DNA from: an uncultured virus (IMG/VR IMGVR_UViG_3300028228_000217)
Lineage: Duplodnaviria > Heunggongvirae > Uroviricota > Caudoviricetes
Reading direction: 5' to 3' (one strand)
Virus record (IMG/VR): IMGVR_UViG_3300028228_000217
Length of the DNA: 64,000 nucleotides
A program made the position numbers and the translations under genes. Under the pieces are notes generated by a model that saw nothing but the letters and a program-made list of their open reading frames with translations, was not told where the DNA came from and did no database searches. This document shows positions 59,421 through 64,000 of this stretch, in pieces. The first letter of the stretch is position 1. Each line of letters begins with the position of its first letter.

Positions 59421-59730
59421 TATCTAATTTCTCCTCTAGTAGTTCTATTAAAATGTCGCCGATATAATCTATAAACTCTTTGTTGTCAAGCAATTCTAAA
59501 TCATTAGGATTCTTATCAACTGTGTAATCAAATCTCATAGGCAACCTGCCATCTGGAAGTTCTTCCTCTTCCTTAGCTAGTTGCACTTTGCCATAATGAT
59601 AAATTACATCTTTGAATTTACCCTCTGTCAACTTGACACAAGAATGTTCTTCGCCACTTTTTTGAGCGAAGGTATATCTTTTAGTCTTCGTCTTGTCCGT
59701 ATGTGAATTTTCTTTTTGCATGTTCATCAA
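59398..59730 (-). CDS. Hypothetical protein (gp40 position between uvsX and gp41)
   Basis: Synteny; [17 protein letters not shown]. Confidence 0.6.
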   Translation of the reverse strand: MMNMQKENSHTDKTKTKRYTFAQKSGEEHSCVKLTEGKFKDVIYHYGKVQLAKEEEELPDGRLPMRFDYTVDKNPNDLELLDNKEFIDYIGDILIELLEEKLDNGTAITD

Positions 59731-60706
59731 TTTTATCTAATACTTCTTTTGTAAAATACTTTTCTGGATTCTCGTTGATAGTTTTACCAAATACTTTTGT
59801 ACCATCAGCCATTTCAAACCTTGTAGATACTTTTGAAAACACACCAGCTTCTTCACCAAGTTCTAGTAAACCATAATGTCTATCTAGTCCTGTTTTGTAT
59901 GTTAACTTAACATCAATCATTGCATTTTCTTTGGTCAATCTTGACTTATAATTTTTACAATGAATAATATTACCAATAACTTCGGTACCATCTTTGTCTT
60001 TTCTTTTACTTAGATATATAATTGATGAAGCGGCGTACTTCAAACCTGAACCACCACCCATTTCTTTTTGTGGGAACATAGAACCAATAACATCATATGT
60101 ATGGTTGGTCATAATCATTGGAATGCCAGCCTTACCTAATTTTAATGTTAAAACTCTGAATGTAGATTTTACAATTTGAGACCTTGTCATATCTCTTGTT
60201 TCTTTACCAGCAGCCGTATCTTCCATTTCTTTTGTAGTCGATAACATACCCAAACTATCTAATACAAACAGTAAAGGTTTTCTATCTGACTCTTTTTGGC
60301 TTAAATATTTTTCAATCACTTTAATTGATTGACTTCTAAATTCTTGTACAGTTGCAACCGGAACAATTACCATTCTAGTAGCGTCAACACCTCTAGCTTC
60401 AATCATACTTTTTGAAATTGCACCCTCTGATTCAAAATAGATAACACCAGCTTCTTTGTTTACATCTAAAAAACTTTTACAGATACCTAATGCAAAGAAG
60501 GTCTTTCCTGTCGCAGCTTCTCCGGCAATTGCCGTAATTTTGTTTGCTGGCATACCACCATATATACTACCTGATAGTAACGCATTGAACGAATATGAGC
60601 CTGTGTCAATGAAACTGGTTACATCTGCACTATCAACACCCTCACTTACTAAACCAGCATATTCATTGCCAGTTTCTTTAATTATATCTTTTAAAAAATC
60701 ACTCAT
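59681..60706 (-). CDS. uvsX: RecA-like recombinase UvsX
   Basis: [31 protein letters not shown]. Confidence 0.96.
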   Translation of the reverse strand: MSDFLKDIIKETGNEYAGLVSEGVDSADVTSFIDTGSYSFNALLSGSIYGGMPANKITAIAGEAATGKTFFALGICKSFLDVNKEAGVIYFESEGAISKSMIEARGVDATRMVIVPVATVQEFRSQSIKVIEKYLSQKESDRKPLLFVLDSLGMLSTTKEMEDTAAGKETRDMTRSQIVKSTFRVLTLKLGKAGIPMIMTNHTYDVIGSMFPQKEMGGGSGLKYAASSIIYLSKRKDKDGTEVIGNIIHCKNYKSRLTKENAMIDVKLTYKTGLDRHYGLLELGEEAGVFSKVSTRFEMADGTKVFGKTINENPEKYFTKEVLDKIDEHAKRKFTYGQDED

Positions 60707-60758
60707 ATTTTCTCCTTAGTTATGTATAATATACACTATTTGTTTCAATTTGTCAAGC

Positions 60759-60995
60759 CTATTTTAATATCTCAACTTCACTATTCGTTTCAATGACAAC
60801 TCTTGCACCACAAGGTAGAATAGGTTTCTCACTACCACCATATCTAACTACACTATCACCTAAGATTTTAACTTCGTGACAATATCTATTAGTTTTACCT
60901 TGTTTAACTGTAATAACAGGTTCATTGGTACCGTGTTTTTTGTTAGCTCTAATGACATGTTGATTGACATGTATGTAAGTTTTCGCTTTCTTCAT
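60759..60995 (-). CDS. Hypothetical protein
   Basis: IHVNQH.I..N..PVITVK..CGARV.IET. Confidence 0.65.
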   Translation of the reverse strand: MKKAKTYIHVNQHVIRANKKHGTNEPVITVKQGKTNRYCHEVKILGDSVVRYGGSEKPILPCGARVVIETNSEVEILK

Positions 60996-62098
60996 CTTAT
61001 AATATCTATCTTACTATCTTTAGTCCAGACCTCTAGGTCATTTCTAAGACGACCATCCTTATTTAGATTGTCAAATCTTTTTATGGCCATTTTTCTCCAC
61101 CATTCTATGATTTCTTTTTCATTATATCTGTCATAGTTTGGTGCCTTAACTATATCTTGTGTCTTACCATTTACAATGTCTATAAAGTTTTCTATACCAT
61201 AGTTACTTGCATAATATCTTTTTTGTTCGGTAAGATTTTTAGCATTTGCAATCGTAAGTTTAAATTTTTCTAAGTCATCACCTTCAAGTGTTTTCTTACA
61301 TAGACCAATAATGCCGGTGGTCATTTTAAGTTTACGACTTGAAGCATCCGCTTTTACTAACTGACCTTTACCAATAATATTTTCAACATAGTCTACCATA
61401 TCTAAGTATGGTTTACCATGCAACATAGGAATAAAATCTGACATTGTATTGCCTTTGTATCTTAAAAATGGTTTCATACCATCATACATTGAGGCACCTT
61501 TTGTTTTCCCATATAAAGATGTGGTTTCAAACAACACCAAGTTCATGTCATACTTCTTGTTTAACATCTCTCTAACTTGATGTGAACAACATAGACCAGC
61601 CAATAATTTACCACCAAGATAATTAAAACCAAATGGCTGGCATGGTACAATTACAAAACCCATAATAGCAGTCTTGTTAAATACTTTTAAATCAGGTACA
61701 TTACCTAACATATCGTTTCTAGGTTTACAGTTAATAACTGGCGAACCAAATCTCATAAAACCTACAAACTTACCTGTGTTCATTTCTTTTACTGCAAGCT
61801 TTAAAGTCTTACCAGGAATACTTGTCATATTACTATGACTTGATATCATATTAATACAGGTGTCCCATGTGTGATTATCTAGTTCTACAACTTGTAAATC
61901 CATGTCCTTTGGTGACATAGTAAAATCGCAAAACATATCACTATCAAACCCCATACCAGGAAGACTTGATGGTAATGATTCAATCTGAGCCATCTTTTGG
62001 TCACGCATGTATTGGTCTATTCTTTCAAACTGACCAAAGTAGTCATTGAATATACCAGCACAATGTAGTGCCTGTTCTCTATCTAGGGTTTTCGCCAT
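60992..62098 (-). CDS. Conserved hypothetical protein, DUF4338-like
   Basis: VGFMRFGSP, PFGFNYLGGKLLA, FETTSLYG..SMY. Confidence 0.6.
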   Translation of the reverse strand: MAKTLDREQALHCAGIFNDYFGQFERIDQYMRDQKMAQIESLPSSLPGMGFDSDMFCDFTMSPKDMDLQVVELDNHTWDTCINMISSHSNMTSIPGKTLKLAVKEMNTGKFVGFMRFGSPVINCKPRNDMLGNVPDLKVFNKTAIMGFVIVPCQPFGFNYLGGKLLAGLCCSHQVREMLNKKYDMNLVLFETTSLYGKTKGASMYDGMKPFLRYKGNTMSDFIPMLHGKPYLDMVDYVENIIGKGQLVKADASSRKLKMTTGIIGLCKKTLEGDDLEKFKLTIANAKNLTEQKRYYASNYGIENFIDIVNGKTQDIVKAPNYDRYNEKEIIEWWRKMAIKRFDNLNKDGRLRNDLEVWTKDSKIDIIR

Positions 62099-62167
62099 TC
62101 ATCTTCCATAACATTAATATAGGTACAGTATACACTAAACTCAACCAAAAGGCAAGCTCTAAGTATA

Positions 62168-62704
62168 TCATACTTCATTACCCCAAAAGTCCCAATTCTC
62201 TCTGGTTTTCTTACGAGCAAACAGTTCAATATAGGGGCCCGGAACAAGTCTTTCAATTTCACCATGTAAAAGTGGTTTTTCGGAGTGTCGACCTCTTGGT
62301 GCAACCACTAATTGAGCAACATCTTTATTGATTCGTTTTGGTCTACCTCTTGTTGCAAGTAAACACATTTCAGGATTACCTCTAGTCCAATAACCTAAAC
62401 CTGTAAAAAATCCAAGTGTCTTTCTATTTGTTTTTGCCCATGTGAAACCTACTGTTTTATATTTAAATCCCCATGCGTCAATAACTTTTAATGCTTGGTC
62501 TAACATAGGGTCACACACCCACATTAACAATACACAATCCTCATCTGCAATGTCCTTAACAGGTAAATTACAAATATCATTTAGTGACATACAATCATAA
62601 TGTTTTTCAGGACTTTTATCTTTGCCTTTATCTGACCGTGTTCTAAACAACCATGGTGGGTCTGCATAGATTACTTTATATTTTTTGTTTGGTAAATCAG
62701 CCAA
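62168..62704 (-). CDS. MT-A70-family adenine methyltransferase
   Basis: IYADPPW, WGFKYKT..F.W.K, G.GYWTRGNPE.CL, HSEKP, IELFAR, WGNE. Confidence 0.92.
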   Translation of the reverse strand: MADLPNKKYKVIYADPPWLFRTRSDKGKDKSPEKHYDCMSLNDICNLPVKDIADEDCVLLMWVCDPMLDQALKVIDAWGFKYKTVGFTWAKTNRKTLGFFTGLGYWTRGNPEMCLLATRGRPKRINKDVAQLVVAPRGRHSEKPLLHGEIERLVPGPYIELFARKKTRENWDFWGNEV

Positions 62705-63089
62705 AGAAACTCTCCGTTTTAGTTGTTAATGTATTACAAAAGTCCTCACAACTTTTAAATGTTAAGTCAAAGTTTTTAGTTCTTGCCATCTCATTACAAT
62801 GCATGAGTACAGTTGCACTAATCTTATGGTCACCTTTAATTATACACACATTACTGTAACCATATTTGTTATGGTACTTCCATAGTTTATGTGGTAATTT
62901 TTCTTCAACACTACCTACTGAATTCTGATTGGTACAATCTGCAAACACCTTACCATTATCAGTTTCAATTATGAAATCTATGGCATGGGCGCCTGGTTTT
63001 GCTCTTTGATAAGATATATTGTTTTCTTTACAATAGTTTTCTACTTTATCTTCAAGCAACTGACCTGATATGTTTACTGGATTATCCAA
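62697..63089 (-). CDS. Small PD-(D/E)XK nuclease-like protein
   Basis: GQLLE..IDFII..ADCTNQNSVGSVEEKL. Confidence 0.6.
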   Translation of the reverse strand: MDNPVNISGQLLEDKVENYCKENNISYQRAKPGAHAIDFIIETDNGKVFADCTNQNSVGSVEEKLPHKLWKYHNKYGYSNVCIIKGDHKISATVLMHCNEMARTKNFDLTFKSCEDFCNTLTTKTESFFG

Positions 63090-64000
63090 AGAATGCCTCC
63101 AATGTTGCTTGTGGTTCTTCTTTCCAGTTTACAGCGTCCAGAATGAAACGCATAGGGTCAAGGAAAGTTTTCTGAAATTGTATATCATAATCAATATACT
63201 CTTGCAATTTAAACTCTTCAGGTAGTGTGGTCATATAACTAATTACATCAAACTTAAATGGATTAGCAGGCTTAAGTTTGATAAATTTAATCTTATCTCC
63301 TTCTTGTATAATAGGATATTTACTTTGTAAACCTAGTCTATGTATTTGATAGTTGTAAACTAATGCACCTTTCACATGGATTGGTGTACCTTTAATAAAA
63401 ATGTTTGCACTATCTTTATACTTTTTAAGATTGTTACAACTTCTAGGAAAGGCAATAGACTCTGCCGGTAATTGCATAAATTCTTTTCTAAAATCTGCAA
63501 CAAGTTTATGTAAATCAGTTTCTTCTTTAGCCATGATAACCTTGATTGCCTCTTTAATCTTACCACGACAAACTTGTGGTGTAGATGACTTGACTGCCTC
63601 AATACCCATAAGTTTAAGTTTGGGGTCAGCAAGTCTAACTCCCTCATCATCAAGTACATTTAACATGTATCTTTTCTTTGCAACCCATATACCTTTATTG
63701 GCAACCACTTCTCGTTTCATAACCATGGCATTTTTAAATGCGTTAGAATAATCTGCTAACTCATCAAAACATTTTTCAATAAATGGTTCAATCTTTTTGT
63801 CACAAACTTTACCAAGAAAATCTATAATCTGTTCTTGACTTTTACCTTGACATGTTTTTTCTACAAGTTTATCAAATCTAACATAGATACTATCAGTATC
63901 AGAAGCAACAATATAATCTCGGTTTTCTCCACTTTGTAATATTTCATTTAAATATTTGTTTACCTTTTTCTCAATAAAACGAATAATAAATTGACCAGCA
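63082..64000 (-). CDS. gp43: Family B DNA polymerase gp43, C-terminal part
   Basis: ASDTDS (about 63890-63907), KKRY, MGIEAVKSSTP, KGTPIHVKG, C-terminal clamp-binding LEAFF. Confidence 0.96.
   Translation of the reverse strand, partial: AGQFIIRFIEKKVNKYLNEILQSGENRDYIVASDTDSIYVRFDKLVEKTCQGKSQEQIIDFLGKVCDKKIEPFIEKCFDELADYSNAFKNAMVMKREVVANKGIWVAKKRYMLNVLDDEGVRLADPKLKLMGIEAVKSSTPQVCRGKIKEAIKVIMAKEETDLHKLVADFRKEFMQLPAESIAFPRSCNNLKKYKDSANIFIKGTPIHVKGALVYNYQIHRLGLQSKYPIIQEGDKIKFIKLKPANPFKFDVISYMTTLPEEFKLQEYIDYDIQFQKTFLDPMRFILDAVNWKEEPQATLEAFFG

Noticed and set aside
119..63751. Plus-strand ORFs in the track (for example 119..664, 10892..11341, 39290..39760, 49222..49620)
   Set aside because: Antisense shadows of well-supported minus-strand genes, with no recognisable motifs
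1..64000. Alternative genetic code (stop-codon reassignment)
   Set aside because: Long core genes read through in the standard code and TAA, TAG and TGA all end genes; the breaks are frameshifts, not in-frame stops

Overview
A 64-kb, AT-rich segment of a T4-like myovirus genome, with essentially all real genes on the minus strand. T4 core genes include gp26, gp51, a gp54-like gene, gp2, gp32, gp59, gp33, nrdA/nrdB, gp61, gp41, uvsX and the 3' part of gp43, and several TATAAATA late promoters are present. Three independent signals point to an alphaproteobacterial host, most likely SAR11 (inference): a permuted two-piece tmRNA with a GGCAGTT T-loop, a stand-alone RpoD region-4 protein, and GAAC-N7-GAAC LexA-type boxes. 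Accessory blocks are an early-promoter region of small ORFs (13.9-23 kb), a glycosyl/methyl/sulfotransferase island (23-30 kb), a curli (csgF/csgG/curlin) + FecR + CHASE2 adenylate cyclase operon (37-43 kb), and a late cluster (44-56 kb) whose proteins begin with T4 capsid-targeting-like peptides. That cluster includes a ligase-like KxDG protein, two P-loop kinases and a probable pol-beta/HIGH double nucleotidyltransferase, which suggests virion-packaged, injected enzymes. Many genes are split at homopolymer runs, most likely long-read sequencing errors. All protein family calls are from motif recognition by eye; no searches were run.
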